From Thiobacillus sp. (GTDB lineage Bacteria > Pseudomonadota > Gammaproteobacteria > Burkholderiales > Thiobacillaceae), in the NCBI GenBank assembly GCA_031426895.1, contig JASJPE010000014.1, positions 16,849 to 80,848 of the forward strand: a stretch of DNA of 64,000 bases. The letters run 5' to 3'. Positions 26,602 through 37,675 of this stretch are shown here, piece by piece. Both the position numbers and the translations under genes were made by a program. Each line of letters starts with the position of its first letter. Within the stretch, counting starts at the first letter, position 1. A model generated the notes under the pieces. It did no database searches. It was not told the origin of the DNA and worked only from the letters and a program-made list of their open reading frames with translations.

Positions 26602-28329
26602 TCAATGTCCTAATACGCCTGACAAAAATGAACCTGCCTCGGCGAGTGTAATTTTTTGCGCCTCGCCGGATGAGCCTGGCTCGGTGCGACGCGGCTGGTA
26701 TTCAATCACGCCATCCTTCAGACCGCGCTCGCCGACCGTGATGCGGTGAGGAATACCGATCAGCTCGGCATCGGCAAACATGACGCCGGGTCGTTCGTCA
26801 CGGTCATCCAGTAGTACGTCGAATCCGGCAGCAGCCAGTTCAGCATACAACGTATCGGCGGCAGTTTTAACCATCTCGCTCTTGCCATAGCCAATTGCCA
26901 CAATTACGAGCAAGAATGGTGCCATGCTCATGGGCCAGATGATGCCCTTGTCATCGTGATGCTGCTCGATGGCCGCCGCCACGATGCGCGATACGCCGAT
27001 GCCATAGCAGCCCATTTCCATTGCCTGCGAACGGCCGGCCTCGTCCAGATACGTGGCGTCCATCGCTTGTGAGTACTTGTTGCCAAGCTGGAACACGTGG
27101 CCCACTTCGATGCCGCGGCACAGCTTCAATGTACCTTTGCCATCGGGACTGAGGTCGCCCAGAACAACGTTGCGCAGGTCGGCCACTAGCGGTTCCGGCA
27201 AATCGCGCCCAAAGTTGACGCCTGTGAGGTGCTGGTCGTCCGCATTGGCGCCACAGACAAAATCACTCATCGCGGCTACGGCACGATCCGCCATCACCGG
27301 GGTAGCAAGTCCAACTGGCCCCACCGAGCCGGGTGCGGTGCCGGAGGCGGCCCGGACAGCGGATTCGCTGGCCAGAGCAAAAGGCGTTTTCACGCCGGCG
27401 AGCTTTTCCGCCTTGATTTCGTTCAGCGTGTGATCGCCCCGAACCAGCAGGGCCACCGGCCCCTCCGTTCCCTCAACAATCAAGGTTTTAACGGTCTGAC
27501 CGGGATCAAGCTTGAGGAAGGCTGCGACGTCCTCGATGCTTTTCATGCCCGGGGTGGCCACGGATTGCATGGCCTGCGCAGGCGCTGCGCGCGGTGTGGC
27601 GGGGGCAACGGCTTCGGCCAGTTCGACGTTGGCGGCGTAATCGGAGTCTGTGGCTGGGCAATAGGCGATGAGGTCTTCACCCGAATCGGCCAGCACATGG
27701 AATTCGTGCGATGCGGAGCCGCCGATGGAACCGGTGTCGGCGGCGACCGCGCGAAAGCGCAGCCCCAGCCGGGTAAATATCTTCGTGTAGGTGTCATACA
27801 TCGCCTGATAGGTGGCAGCGAGGCTGTCCTTGTCGGCGTGGAAGGAATAGGCGTCCTTCATCAAAAATTCGCGTGCGCGCATGACCCCGAAACGCGGGCG
27901 GATTTCGTCGCGAAATTTCATCTGGACCTGATAAAAGTTCAGCGGTAACTGACGATAGCTCTTGATTTCACGGCGCACCAGATCGGTAATGACTTCCTCA
28001 TGGGTGGGGCCAAAGCAGAAATCGCGCTTGTGGCGATCCTTGATCTTGAGCATTTGCGGACCAAATTGCGCCCAGCGACCGGTTTCTTCCCACAACTCGG
28101 CTGGCTGCACTGCGGGCATCAGCAGTTCGATCGCGCCGGCGCGGTTCATTTCTTCCCGCACCACCGCCTCCACCCGGCGCAGCACCCGCAGCCCCAGCGG
28201 CATCCAGGTATACAGGCCAGACCCCAGGCGCTTGATCAGCCCGGCACGCAGCATGAGTTTGTGGCTGACGAGTTCGGCTTCGGACGGAGCTTCCTTGGTG
28301 GTGGAAATGAAAAACTGGCTGGCGCGCAT
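26602..28329 (-). CDS. proS: proline--tRNA ligase
   Basis: 575 aa. [25 protein letters not shown] start, class II motifs, and an internal editing (INS) domain. Confidence 0.97.
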   Translation of the reverse strand: MRASQFFISTTKEAPSEAELVSHKLMLRAGLIKRLGSGLYTWMPLGLRVLRRVEAVVREEMNRAGAIELLMPAVQPAELWEETGRWAQFGPQMLKIKDRHKRDFCFGPTHEEVITDLVRREIKSYRQLPLNFYQVQMKFRDEIRPRFGVMRAREFLMKDAYSFHADKDSLAATYQAMYDTYTKIFTRLGLRFRAVAADTGSIGGSASHEFHVLADSGEDLIAYCPATDSDYAANVELAEAVAPATPRAAPAQAMQSVATPGMKSIEDVAAFLKLDPGQTVKTLIVEGTEGPVALLVRGDHTLNEIKAEKLAGVKTPFALASESAVRAASGTAPGSVGPVGLATPVMADRAVAAMSDFVCGANADDQHLTGVNFGRDLPEPLVADLRNVVLGDLSPDGKGTLKLCRGIEVGHVFQLGNKYSQAMDATYLDEAGRSQAMEMGCYGIGVSRIVAAAIEQHHDDKGIIWPMSMAPFLLVIVAIGYGKSEMVKTAADTLYAELAAAGFDVLLDDRDERPGVMFADAELIGIPHRITVGERGLKDGVIEYQPRRTEPGSSGEAQKITLAEAGSFLSGVLGH

Positions 28330-28409
28330 GATGAATAATCGGGACGGAAAGCAGTATTTTAGCGCGTGGACGTGTAATCTTTCGCGCTCGATTTTGGAAC
28401 AGGACAGTC

Positions 28410-29180
28410 ATGCGCTTGAAGTTTGGGAAACGCCGGGCACAGGATGGTGGGCTGGAAGTCACCGAAGAACGTGGTTTGCGTGTCTTGCATCTGGGAAATT
28501 GCGCCATCCAGAGTGCGATGCGGATGAATCGGCCATACGATCTGGAGCTTGCCTATACCCGGGCAATGATGGGTTTTCTGATGTTTAACCCCGCGCCGCA
28601 GGATGTGTTGATGATAGGCCTGGGCGGGGGCTCGCACGCCAAGTTCATCCATAAGCAGTTCCCGGCGATGCGCGTTACGGCTGTGGAGATCAATCCACAG
28701 GTGATTGCGGCGGCGCGCACGCATTTTGCGCTGCCGCCGGATGACGAGAGGCTGACGGTGATCGAGGCCGATGGTGCGTTGCATATGCGGCAACATCCCG
28801 CGAGCACCGACATCATCCTGCTCGATGGTTTTGATGCGGGCAATCAGGTTGAGGCGCTGGCCACCCAGACGTTTTATGCCGCGTGTCGCCGGGCACTCAG
28901 GCCGGGTGGGGTGCTGGTAGTCAATCTCTGGGGGCAGGATCCCGGGTTTGCCGAGTATTTTGCCCGCCTGACGCGTGCGTTCGATGGCGAAACCGGCTGG
29001 ATCTCGGTGCAACATAAAACCAACATTATTGTGTTCGCTTTCGGCGAGTCGGGTGCGGTTGCCAGGCTGGAACAGATGCGACCGCAGTTGGCCGGGATGT
29101 CCAAAAGCCATGGTCTGGATCTGTGCGGTTTTGCACGGGACCTCCAGTGGTCAGATACGATCGTGCCCTTGCTCGGTTAA
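28410..29180 (+). CDS. spermidine synthase-like SAM-dependent transferase
   Basis: 256 aa. MIGLGGGS SAM-binding loop, VTAVEINPQVI, D.IILD acidic loop. The TAA stop abuts the repeat at 29178-29290. Confidence 0.75.
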   Translation: MRLKFGKRRAQDGGLEVTEERGLRVLHLGNCAIQSAMRMNRPYDLELAYTRAMMGFLMFNPAPQDVLMIGLGGGSHAKFIHKQFPAMRVTAVEINPQVIAAARTHFALPPDDERLTVIEADGALHMRQHPASTDIILLDGFDAGNQVEALATQTFYAACRRALRPGGVLVVNLWGQDPGFAEYFARLTRAFDGETGWISVQHKTNIIVFAFGESGAVARLEQMRPQLAGMSKSHGLDLCGFARDLQWSDTIVPLLG

Positions 29181-29290
29181 GGAGACGCTGATTTATTCCG
29201 CTTTCGTCATTCCGGCGAAAGCCGGAATCCAGTGAAATTAACCAACTGGACACCGGCTTTCGCCGGTGAGACGAATAAATCAGCGTTTCC
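29178..29290. repeat. 113-bp inverted-repeat element of the TAAGGAG-ended family
   Basis: TAAGGAGACGCTGATTTATTC ... GAATAAATCAGCGTTTCC terminal inverted repeats. Internal TTCGTCATTCCGGCGAAAGCCGGAATCCAG, which gives the common spurious peptide FVIPAKAGIQ, and its partner CACCGGCTTTCGCCGGTG. Confidence 0.8.
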
Positions 29291-29429
29291 CTAAACTTTC
29301 CCCAAGGTTGTCCGCTAAAAAACATAATCAAAACAAGGCGTAACCTAAGGGTTCTGGCCTTGTCGGGTTTGCATTTTTTGATGGGTGTGAAAGAATGCAG
29401 GTAATCGAATTTTACAGATGGTGGCGGCC

Positions 29430-29981
29430 ATGATCGACCGAGAAGGGTACCGCCCGAACGTAGGCATTATTTTGTGCAATGCGCAGAACCAGGTTTTCTG
29501 GGGTAAGCGCGTCAATCAGCACGCCTGGCAGTTTCCCCAAGGCGGCATCAATGCAGGGGAAACGCCGGAACAGGCTATGTTCCGGGAGTTGGAAGAAGAA
29601 GTGGGTTTGCACGCCGAACATGTGCGTATCCTGGGGCGTACGCGCGAGTGGTTGCGTTATGACGTGCCGCCGCACTGGACGCGGCGCGACAATCGCGGTC
29701 TGTATCGCGGTCAGAAGCAGATATGGTTTTTGCTGCGACTGACCGGGCGGGATTGTGATGTGTCGTTACGCGCCAGCAGCCATCCCGAGTTCGACGCCTG
29801 GCGCTGGAATGAGTACTGGATGTCGATGGAAGCCGTGGTTGATTTCAAGCGTGAGGTTTACCGGTTGGCGCTCGAGGAACTGGAGCGTTTCCTGCACAAG
29901 GATGTGCGATATCTCCGGCAACACACGCGCCACCATTGTGAGCCGCGCGAGGTGGCCCTGGATTTGCAGTTCAAATCCTGA
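29430..29981 (+). CDS. rppH: RNA pyrophosphohydrolase
   Basis: [17 protein letters not shown]....VFWGKR...[27 protein letters not shown] contains the NUDIX box and is nearly colinear with enterobacterial RppH. Confidence 0.93.
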   Translation: MIDREGYRPNVGIILCNAQNQVFWGKRVNQHAWQFPQGGINAGETPEQAMFRELEEEVGLHAEHVRILGRTREWLRYDVPPHWTRRDNRGLYRGQKQIWFLLRLTGRDCDVSLRASSHPEFDAWRWNEYWMSMEAVVDFKREVYRLALEELERFLHKDVRYLRQHTRHHCEPREVALDLQFKS

Positions 29982-30002
29982 ACTTTGGGATGGGGAGGCG
30001 TG

Positions 30003-30359
30003 ATGAAGATACGAATCTATGCTTCAACACTGACAACGGCCACGGAATCCGTACCCGGCCTGCCACTGTGGCAGGTTGCACCCACGCGGGACAGCGCCGG
30101 CAAACGCCTGACTGATTTCATGATGTTGATTCCCCGGCTGCGCAGCAAGCCGCTTGCCGAGATCGAGCGTGCCTCGCGTGACATCCAGACCGTGCTGGCG
30201 TTGCACCAGGCAGTGGTATTTGCCGACCTCAATTTGAAACTCAATTTGTTGTGGGTGTCATTGCGGCCTGTCCCGGGCGCGATCGGCGAGTTGGTGGCAG
30301 CGATCCGGCTGTGCGTACCGGAAGCGGTGCTGGTAGCCCATCACGCTGATCCTCATTAG
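30003..30359 (+). CDS. hypothetical small protein
   Basis: 118 aa from MKIRIY, 21 nt downstream of rppH on the same strand. No motif recognised. Called from ORF length and codon usage only. Confidence 0.35.
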   Translation: MKIRIYASTLTTATESVPGLPLWQVAPTRDSAGKRLTDFMMLIPRLRSKPLAEIERASRDIQTVLALHQAVVFADLNLKLNLLWVSLRPVPGAIGELVAAIRLCVPEAVLVAHHADPH

Positions 30360-30593
30360 GGTGGTGCGCGATCTTTCCGTCAACCAGTCAGCGCCCCAAA
30401 TAGCGTGTCTTCCGAGCGTAAATTTGCCGGGCAGCGTATGCATTGGCGGATTGTTTGTTTGTCGCTAACGTCTGCCAATATCCTCGTGAAAAGCAGGGTA
30501 ATCCGTGTATTTTCTGTGTTTTAGCTTACCTAAAGTAGAGGAATTCGTTAAAATGCGCGATTGCTTATTAACCAATAACCCGCTGGAGTCCAT

Positions 30594-31682
30594 ATGGCTG
30601 TTTCTGAAGTTCAGGTGCAAACAGCACTGAAAGAGTTGGTTGATCCCAACACGCAAAAAGATTACGTTTCGACCAAATCCGCCCGCAATATCAAGATCGA
30701 TGGCGGAGCCGTAGCCGTTGATATCCAGCTGAGCTACCCGGCGCAGAGCCAACTTGCCAGCATCAAGCAGCAGGTGGAAGACAAGCTGAAAGGTATCGAT
30801 GGCGTAACGGGTGCGACAGCCAATGTCAGCTTCAAGATTGTGTCGCATAGCGTGCAGCGCGGCGTCAAACTGATTCCCAACGTCAAGAACATCATCGCGG
30901 TAGCGTCAGGCAAGGGCGGTGTGGGCAAATCCACTACCGCAGTCAACCTGGCACTGGCGCTCTCTGCTGAAGGTGCGCGCGTCGGCATGCTGGACGCAGA
31001 TATTTATGGCCCGTCGCAACCCACCATGCTGGGTATTACCGGCAAGCCTGAATCGACTGACGGCAAGAACCTCGATCCGCTGATCGGCCATGGCATTCAG
31101 GCGATGTCGATTGGTTTCCTGATTGACGTTGAAACACCGATGGTGTGGCGTGGCCCGATGGTGACGCAGGCGCTGGAGCAGCTCCTGAACAACACCAACT
31201 GGAGCGAGCTTGATTATCTGGTGGTGGACCTGCCGCCCGGTACGGGCGATATTCAGCTGACCTTGGCGCAGCGCGTGCCAGTGACCGGTGCGGTGATTGT
31301 CACCACGCCGCAGGACATCGCGCTGATTGACGCGCGCAAGGGCCTGAAGATGTTCGAAAAGGTCGGCATCCCCATCATCGGTGTGGTCGAAAATATGAGC
31401 CTGCACATTTGCTCGAACTGCGGACACGAAGAGCGTATCTTCGGCGAAGGCGGCGGTGAGCGCATGTGTAAGGACTACAGTGTGGAATTCCTTGGCGCGC
31501 TGCCGCTGGATGGTGCGATTCGTGCCGACACTGATGCTGGCAAACCATCCGTGGTGTCCGATCCGGAAGGCCGTGTGACTGAAATCTACAAGCGGATCGC
31601 ACGTCGTGTGGCTGTCAAGATCGGTGAAACCGCAGTGGATCATTCCAACAAGTTCCCCAACATTGTGATTTCCAATACCTAA
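30594..31682 (+). CDS. apbC: iron-sulfur cluster carrier ATPase ApbC/Mrp
   Basis: 362 aa. N-terminal DUF59-like domain, deviant Walker A ASGKGGVGKST, CSNCGH cluster-binding CxxC. Confidence 0.93.
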   Translation: MAVSEVQVQTALKELVDPNTQKDYVSTKSARNIKIDGGAVAVDIQLSYPAQSQLASIKQQVEDKLKGIDGVTGATANVSFKIVSHSVQRGVKLIPNVKNIIAVASGKGGVGKSTTAVNLALALSAEGARVGMLDADIYGPSQPTMLGITGKPESTDGKNLDPLIGHGIQAMSIGFLIDVETPMVWRGPMVTQALEQLLNNTNWSELDYLVVDLPPGTGDIQLTLAQRVPVTGAVIVTTPQDIALIDARKGLKMFEKVGIPIIGVVENMSLHICSNCGHEERIFGEGGGERMCKDYSVEFLGALPLDGAIRADTDAGKPSVVSDPEGRVTEIYKRIARRVAVKIGETAVDHSNKFPNIVISNT

Positions 31683-32249
31683 ATGAGCATCAAGTCCGAC
31701 CGATGGATCCGCCGCATGGCGGCTGAGCATGGCATGATCGAACCGTTCGAAGCGGGGCAGATCAAACAGATCGCAGGCCGCCCCATCGTGTCGTACGGCA
31801 CGTCCAGCTACGGCTACGATGTGCGCTGTGCCAGTGAATTCAAGCTGTTTACCAACCTCAATAGCACTATCGTTGACCCCAAGGCGTTCGACCCGAACTC
31901 CTTTGTCGAGGTTGTGGGCGACTCCTGCATCATTCCGCCCAACTCGTTTGCCTTGGCGCGTACGGTCGAGTATTTCCGTATTCCACGCAGTGTGTTGACG
32001 ATTTGTCTGGGAAAAAGCACCTACGCGCGCTGCGGCATCATCGTCAATGTGACGCCGTTGGAGCCTGAATGGGAAGGCCATGTGACACTGGAGTTCTCCA
32101 ATACCACGCCCTTGCCCGCACGCATTTACGCCAACGAAGGCGTGGCGCAAATGCTGTTCCTCGAATCCGACGAGGTGTGTGAAACTTCGTACAAGGATCG
32201 CGGCGGCAAGTACCAGGGCCAGGTTGGCGTGACCCTGCCAAAAATATAA
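31683..32249 (+). CDS. dcd: dCTP deaminase
   Basis: 188 aa. [13 protein letters not shown] start and [19 protein letters not shown] motif. Confidence 0.95.
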   Translation: MSIKSDRWIRRMAAEHGMIEPFEAGQIKQIAGRPIVSYGTSSYGYDVRCASEFKLFTNLNSTIVDPKAFDPNSFVEVVGDSCIIPPNSFALARTVEYFRIPRSVLTICLGKSTYARCGIIVNVTPLEPEWEGHVTLEFSNTTPLPARIYANEGVAQMLFLESDEVCETSYKDRGGKYQGQVGVTLPKI

Positions 32250-32268
32250 TCCCCGGGATACGGGGATT
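32248..32268 (+). terminator. hairpin overlapping the dcd stop codon (no U-tract)
   Basis: AATCCCCG-ggata-CGGGGATT. Confidence 0.35.
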
Positions 32269-32325
32269 CATATAATCCGTTTCTTCTAATCCGCCCATTC
32301 CCACGGCTTCCCTCTGGAGCAGGCC

Positions 32326-34569
32326 ATGCGCTTTCGTTTCCCCGTTGTCATCATTGACGAAGACTTTCGTTCCGAGAACGCCTCCGGGTTGGGTATCCGC
32401 ACCCTGGCCGAAGCGATCGAGAAAGAAGGCATTGAAGTGCTCGGCGTCACCAACTACGGTGACCTGACTTCGTTTGCCCAGCAGCAGGCGCGTGCGTCAG
32501 CGTTCGTATTGTCTATCGACGACGAAGAGCTGGCGGGTTCGGATGAAGATACCAGCGTGGCTCTGCAAAAGTTGCGCAGTTTTGTTGAGGAAGTGCGTTT
32601 CCGCAACGCGGAAATCCCGATTTTTCTGCATGGCGAAACGCGCACGGCGCGCCATATTCCCAACGACATCCTGCGCGAGCTCAGCGGTTTCATCCACATG
32701 CTGGAAGATACGCCCGAGTTTCTGGCGCGCTACATCCTGCGTGAAGCGCGGACCTATCTTGAATCCCTGGTGCCACCTTTTTTCCGGGCGTTAACCCACT
32801 ACGCGGCGGATGGTTCGTATTCCTGGCATTGCCCGGGACACTCGGGCGGCGTGGCGTTCCTGAAGTCGCCCATCGGCCAGATGTTCCACCAGTTTTTTGG
32901 CGAGAATTTGTTGCGTGCAGACGTCTGCAATGCGGTGGACGAACTCGGTCAATTGCTCGACCACACCGGCCCGGTGGGCGCGTCGGAGCGCAATGCTGCG
33001 CGTATTTTCAACTGCGACCACCTGTTCTTCGTTACCAATGGCACCTCGTCATCCAACAAGATGGTGTGGCACGCCACGGTTGCGCCAGGCGACATCGTCG
33101 TGGTTGACCGCAACTGCCACAAGTCGATCCTGCACGCCATCATGATGTGCGGCGCGATTCCGATTTTCCTGACGCCGACGCGCAATCACTACGGCATCAT
33201 CGGGCCGATTCCGCTGGATGAATTTCGTCCCGAGAATATTCAGAAGAAAATCGACGCGCATCCTTTTGCCAAGGATGTGAAACGCAAGCCACGCATTCTC
33301 ACCATTACCCAGTCGACTTACGACGGGATTCTCTACAACGTCGACATGATCAAGGAGTTGCTGGGTGACTACATCGACACCCTGCATTTCGACGAAGCCT
33401 GGCTGCCGCACGCGACCTTCCACGACTTTTATCGCGGGATGCACGCCATTGGTAAAGACCGTCCGCGGGCCAAGGATGCCTTGGTGTTTGCCACTCAGTC
33501 GACGCACAAGCTGCTGGCGGGTTTGAGCCAAGCTTCGCAGATCCTGGTGCAGGACTCAGAGACACGCAAGCTCGACTTCCACCGTTTCAACGAAGCTTAT
33601 TTGATGCACACCTCGACTTCGCCGCAGTACGCCATCATCGCCTCGTGCGACGTGGCGGCAGCGATGATGGAGCCACCCGGTGGGCCCGCGCTGGTGGAGG
33701 AGTCCATCCGCGAAGCATTGGACTTCCGTCGTGCCATCCGCAAGGTCGACGAGGAATTTGGCGATTCCTGGTGGTTCAAGGTGTGGGGGCCGCAGAAGCT
33801 GGCGGATGAAGGCGTCGGCGACCGCGAGGACTGGATGCTTGGGAATTCGGAGCGGTGGCATGAATTCGGCAAGATCGCGCCGGGATTCAACATGCTCGAT
33901 CCGATCAAGGCGACTGTGATTACCCCGGGGCTGGACATGGACGGCGAGTTTGCCGACTGGGGCATTCCGGCTGCGATCGTCACCAAATATTTGGCCGAGC
34001 ATGGCGTGATCGTGGAGAAGACCGGTCTTTATTCTTTCTTCATTATGTTCACCATTGGTATCACCAAGGGCCGCTGGAATACGCTGGTGACCGCATTGCA
34101 GCAATTCAAGGCCGATTACGATGAAAACCAGCCGCTGTGGCGTGTGCTGCCCGAGTTCATCTTGAAGCATCCCCGCTACGAAAAAACCGGCCTCAAGGAT
34201 CTGTGCGACCAGATTCATACGGTCTACAAGGCCAATGATGTGGCTCGCCTGACGACTGAAATGTATTTGTCAGAAATGGCGCCGGCAATGAAGCCGGCTG
34301 ACGCCTTTGCCAAGATGGCGCATCGCGAAATCGAACGGGTTGCGCTCGACGAGCTCGAAGGCCGTATCACTGCCATGCTGGTGACGCCTTATCCTCCGGG
34401 CATTCCCCTGTTGATTCCGGGTGAGCGCTTTAATTCCACTATCGTGCGTTATTTGCAGTTCACGCGTGACTTTAACGAGAAATTCCCTGGCTTTGAGACT
34501 GACGTACACGGATTTGTCGAAGAAGTGGTTGATGGCAAAGCCATGTATTACGTGGATTGCGTGATGTGA
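32326..34569 (+). CDS. Orn/Lys/Arg decarboxylase family (fold type I, large biodegradative-type) enzyme
   Basis: 747 aa. N-terminal wing domain (VVIIDEDF...), PLP-lysine motif QSTHKLLAGLSQAS, overall LdcC/AdiA/SpeC architecture. Substrate cannot be assigned by eye. Confidence 0.9.
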   Translation: MRFRFPVVIIDEDFRSENASGLGIRTLAEAIEKEGIEVLGVTNYGDLTSFAQQQARASAFVLSIDDEELAGSDEDTSVALQKLRSFVEEVRFRNAEIPIFLHGETRTARHIPNDILRELSGFIHMLEDTPEFLARYILREARTYLESLVPPFFRALTHYAADGSYSWHCPGHSGGVAFLKSPIGQMFHQFFGENLLRADVCNAVDELGQLLDHTGPVGASERNAARIFNCDHLFFVTNGTSSSNKMVWHATVAPGDIVVVDRNCHKSILHAIMMCGAIPIFLTPTRNHYGIIGPIPLDEFRPENIQKKIDAHPFAKDVKRKPRILTITQSTYDGILYNVDMIKELLGDYIDTLHFDEAWLPHATFHDFYRGMHAIGKDRPRAKDALVFATQSTHKLLAGLSQASQILVQDSETRKLDFHRFNEAYLMHTSTSPQYAIIASCDVAAAMMEPPGGPALVEESIREALDFRRAIRKVDEEFGDSWWFKVWGPQKLADEGVGDREDWMLGNSERWHEFGKIAPGFNMLDPIKATVITPGLDMDGEFADWGIPAAIVTKYLAEHGVIVEKTGLYSFFIMFTIGITKGRWNTLVTALQQFKADYDENQPLWRVLPEFILKHPRYEKTGLKDLCDQIHTVYKANDVARLTTEMYLSEMAPAMKPADAFAKMAHREIERVALDELEGRITAMLVTPYPPGIPLLIPGERFNSTIVRYLQFTRDFNEKFPGFETDVHGFVEEVVDGKAMYYVDCVM

Positions 34570-34620
34570 TCCGGTCGTCTGAATGATTGATTAATCAGGA
34601 AAAAAGCGTATTATTCGCAG

Positions 34621-34647
34621 TCCCCGGTTTGCCGGGGATTGTTTTTT
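34621..34647 (+). terminator. rho-independent terminator after the decarboxylase gene
   Basis: TCCCCGG-tttg-CCGGGGA followed by TTGTTTTTT. Confidence 0.75.
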
Positions 34648-34698
34648 GACCTTGCTCCACTGCACCGCAAGCGGGGGGCTGAACCGAAAGGAATCTCT

Positions 34699-35097
34699 AT
34701 GCGGCATTATGAAATTGTATTTATCGTCCATCCTGATCAGAGCGAGCAAGTGCCTGCCATGATCGAGCGTTATCGCGCTAACCTCGCCACGCGCGGCGGC
34801 AGCGTCCACCGTCTGGAAGACTGGGGCCGTCGCCAGATGGCTTATCCAATCCAGAAAATTCACAAGGCACATTACGTGCTGATGAACATCGAGTGCGATC
34901 AGGAAACCCTGGACGAACTCGAGCATGGCTTCAAGTTTAATGATGCCGTGTTGCGCCATCTGACCATCAAGTGTGACGAGGCAGTGACCACCGCTTCGCC
35001 GATGATGAAAGAAGAGAAGTCGCGCGACATTCTGGAATCAGCCAAGCCTGAAGCTGCCAAGGCAGAGCCTGTGGCTGAACAGCCCGCTGCTGCCTGA
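34699..35097 (+). CDS. rpsF: 30S ribosomal protein S6
   Basis: [18 protein letters not shown] start. Acidic C-terminal tail. Confidence 0.96.
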   Translation: MRHYEIVFIVHPDQSEQVPAMIERYRANLATRGGSVHRLEDWGRRQMAYPIQKIHKAHYVLMNIECDQETLDELEHGFKFNDAVLRHLTIKCDEAVTTASPMMKEEKSRDILESAKPEAAKAEPVAEQPAAA

Positions 35098-35101
35098 GTG
35101 A

Positions 35102-35392
35102 GTGAATCGGCTAGCTATTAGCGGAGTTCTTACCCAGGTTGATCCTTTGCGTTACAGCCCAGCGGGCGTGCCCATTTCCGAAGCGGTGATTCATCATCGC
35201 AGCAGTCAGGATGTGGCAGCCCAGCCGAGGCAGGTGGAATGTGAATTGACAGTGCAGGCAAGTGGATCACTTGCCGCCCAACTGTCACAACTGACCACCG
35301 GGACGCAAGTCAAACTGGAAGGTGCGTTAAATCGACGCAGCGTGAATAGCCGGCAATTGATCTTGATATTGAATCGAATTGAAAAGGAATAA
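35102..35392 (+). CDS. priB: primosomal replication protein N (PriB)
   Basis: 96 aa with GTG start. Single OB-fold sized ORF between rpsF and rpsR, the conserved position of priB. N.L.ISG.L......RYSPAGVP pattern. Confidence 0.85.
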   Translation: MNRLAISGVLTQVDPLRYSPAGVPISEAVIHHRSSQDVAAQPRQVECELTVQASGSLAAQLSQLTTGTQVKLEGALNRRSVNSRQLILILNRIEKE

Positions 35393-35394
35393 TC

Positions 35395-35685
35395 ATGGCA
35401 CGTCCCATGGGTGGTAAATCAGGCGGCAAGTTCGCCAAAAAAGGTGGCCGCGACAGTGGCAACCGTGGTCTCTTCAAGCGTCGCAAGTTCTGCCGCTTCA
35501 CTGTCGACAAGGTGGTAGAGGTCGATTACAAGGACATCGAAGTACTGAAGGAATTCATCGCTGAAAACGGTCGCATCATCCCGGCCCGCATCACCGGCAC
35601 CAAGGCGCGTTATCAGCGCCAGTTGGGCACCGCGATCAAGCGCGCCCGTTTCCTGGCGCTCATGCCCTATACCGACCTGCATTAA
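35395..35685 (+). CDS. rpsR: 30S ribosomal protein S18
   Basis: RRKFCRFT.....EVDYKD...LK.FI.E.G.I.P.RITGT.A.YQR.L..AIKRAR.LAL. Confidence 0.96.
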   Translation: MARPMGGKSGGKFAKKGGRDSGNRGLFKRRKFCRFTVDKVVEVDYKDIEVLKEFIAENGRIIPARITGTKARYQRQLGTAIKRARFLALMPYTDLH

Positions 35686-35695
35686 GGAGACGACC

Positions 35696-36145
35696 ATGCA
35701 AATCATTCTGATGGATAAAGTTGTCAACCTGGGCAATCTGGGTGACGTGGTAAAAGTGAAAGACGGCTATGCCCGCAACTTTCTGATTCCCTATGGTCGT
35801 GCGCGTCGCGCCACGCAAGCCAACATGGACGCCTTTGCTGTACAGAAGGCTGAACTGGAGCGCGTGGCTGCCGAGAAGCTGGCGGATGCCCAGCGTCGCG
35901 GCGAGAAGCTGGAAGGTTTTGCTGTGACCGTGAGCCAGAAAGCGGGTGTTGATGGCCGTTTGTTTGGCTCCATTACCAATGCGGATATTGCTGATGCATT
36001 GACGGCCCAGGGTCATGAAGTGAGCAAGGCGGATGTTCGCATGCCAGACGGCCCGTTCAAGGCTATCGGCGAATACCCTGTGGTGCTTGGATTGCACCAT
36101 GATGTGGTGGCCAATATCACCGTTACGGTGGTGGGTGAGCAGTAA
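35696..36145 (+). CDS. rplI: 50S ribosomal protein L9
   Basis: [32 protein letters not shown] start. Confidence 0.96.
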   Translation: MQIILMDKVVNLGNLGDVVKVKDGYARNFLIPYGRARRATQANMDAFAVQKAELERVAAEKLADAQRRGEKLEGFAVTVSQKAGVDGRLFGSITNADIADALTAQGHEVSKADVRMPDGPFKAIGEYPVVLGLHHDVVANITVTVVGEQ

Positions 36146-36163
36146 GTTCTGATCGATCCGTTT

Positions 36164-36190
36164 AAAAAGGGAGCCTTGGCTCCCTTTTTT
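36164..36190 (+). terminator. rho-independent terminator after rplI
   Basis: AAAAA-GGGAGCC-tt-GGCTCCC-TTTTTT. Confidence 0.85.
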
Positions 36191-36281
36191 ATTTGAAGCA
36201 CTGCCGGATATACCCGGCTGTCCACCCTTTATCCACATCTTATCCCTTGGTAGGGGGGGGGCTGAAGACTAAAATCGCGCC

Positions 36282-37673
36282 ATGGCTGCTATTCACTCAC
36301 TCTCTGCAAATCCCGATCCCCAGTTGGCGCAAATGCGTCTGCCCCCCCACTCGCTCGAGGCTGAACAGGCTGTGCTGGGTGGCCTGTTGCTGGATAACAG
36401 CGCGTGGGATCGTATTGGTGATGTGGTGGCGGAAAGCGATTTGTATCGGCTGGACCATCGTCAGATATTGCGCGCGATTGTGCGACAGATTGCCGAGAAC
36501 CGCCCGGCCGACGCGGTGACGGTGGCCGAAGCCCTGCAGTCGATGGGACAACTTGAAAGCGTGGGTGGGCTTGCCTATATCGTGGCGCTGGCGAGCAATA
36601 CCCCGTCGGCCGCCAATATTCGCCGCTACGCCGAAATCGTGCGCGAGCGTTCAGTCATGCGCCGTCTCGCCGAAGTCGCCACCGGGATTGCAGACACGGC
36701 CTATTCGCCCGCCGGGCGCAGCGCCTCGCAGTTACTCGACGAAGCCGAAGCCAAGGTTTTCGAAATTGCCGAATCCGGCAGCCGCGGTCAGGCGGGCTTC
36801 ACCGAAATCAAGCCGCTGTTGAAAGAAGTGGTCGAGCGCATCGACGAGTTGTATCACCGCGATAACGATTCCGGGATTACGGGCGTGCCTACGGGGTTTC
36901 ACGACCTCGACCAGAAGACATCGGGTTTTCAGCCGGGTGATCTCATCATTGTCGCCGGGCGACCATCGATGGGTAAAACCGCGTTCTCGCTCAATATCGC
37001 CGAGAACGTCGCCCTCGACACCGGCCTGCCGGTGGCGGTGTTTTCGATGGAAATGGGTGGCACCCAGCTAGTGATGCGGATGATCGGTTCGGTCGGCAAG
37101 CTTGATCAGCACCGGCTGCGCACCGGCAAGCTGGGTGAGGATGACTGGCAGCGCCTGACTTACGCGCTTGGCAAGCTCAACGAAGCCCCTGTCTTCATTG
37201 ATGAATCGCCCGGGCTGAATGTGCTGGAACTGCGCGCGCGGGCGCGTCGTCTGATGCGTCAGTGCGGCAAACTCGGCTTGATCGTGATCGATTACCTGCA
37301 GCTGATGTCAGGCAGTGGGGGCGGTGAAAACCGTGCGACCGAGATTTCGGAAATTTCACGTGCGCTGAAGGGGCTGGCTAAAGAACTGCAAGTGCCGGTG
37401 GTTGCGTTGTCACAGTTGAATCGTGGTCTGGAACAGCGTCCAAACAAGCGCCCGGTCATGTCAGACCTGCGCGAATCGGGGGCCATCGAGCAGGATGCTG
37501 ACGTCATTCTGTTCATTTATCGCGACGAGGTCTACAACCCCGATACGCAGGATAAGGGCACGGCTGAAATCATCATCAGCAAGCAGCGTAACGGTCCGAT
37601 CGGCACTGTGCGATTGGCCTTCATTGGTGAATACACGCGTTTCGAATCGCTGGCGCAGCCAGGATCGTACTAA
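36282..37673 (+). CDS. dnaB: replicative DNA helicase
   Basis: 463 aa. PPHSLEAEQAVLGGLL start, Walker A GRPSMGKT, and SQLNR, ESG.IEQDAD motifs. Confidence 0.97.
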   Translation: MAAIHSLSANPDPQLAQMRLPPHSLEAEQAVLGGLLLDNSAWDRIGDVVAESDLYRLDHRQILRAIVRQIAENRPADAVTVAEALQSMGQLESVGGLAYIVALASNTPSAANIRRYAEIVRERSVMRRLAEVATGIADTAYSPAGRSASQLLDEAEAKVFEIAESGSRGQAGFTEIKPLLKEVVERIDELYHRDNDSGITGVPTGFHDLDQKTSGFQPGDLIIVAGRPSMGKTAFSLNIAENVALDTGLPVAVFSMEMGGTQLVMRMIGSVGKLDQHRLRTGKLGEDDWQRLTYALGKLNEAPVFIDESPGLNVLELRARARRLMRQCGKLGLIVIDYLQLMSGSGGGENRATEISEISRALKGLAKELQVPVVALSQLNRGLEQRPNKRPVMSDLRESGAIEQDADVILFIYRDEVYNPDTQDKGTAEIIISKQRNGPIGTVRLAFIGEYTRFESLAQPGSY

Positions 37674-37675
37674 AT

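Noticed and set aside
28359-29111. 250-aa minus-strand ORF opposite the spermidine-synthase-like gene
   Set aside because: It is a shadow ORF. The plus strand carries the SAM-binding GLGGG motif.
30906-32150. 414-aa minus-strand ORF opposite apbC and dcd
   Set aside because: It spans two well-supported plus-strand genes and the junction between them. No motifs are present, so it is a shadow ORF.
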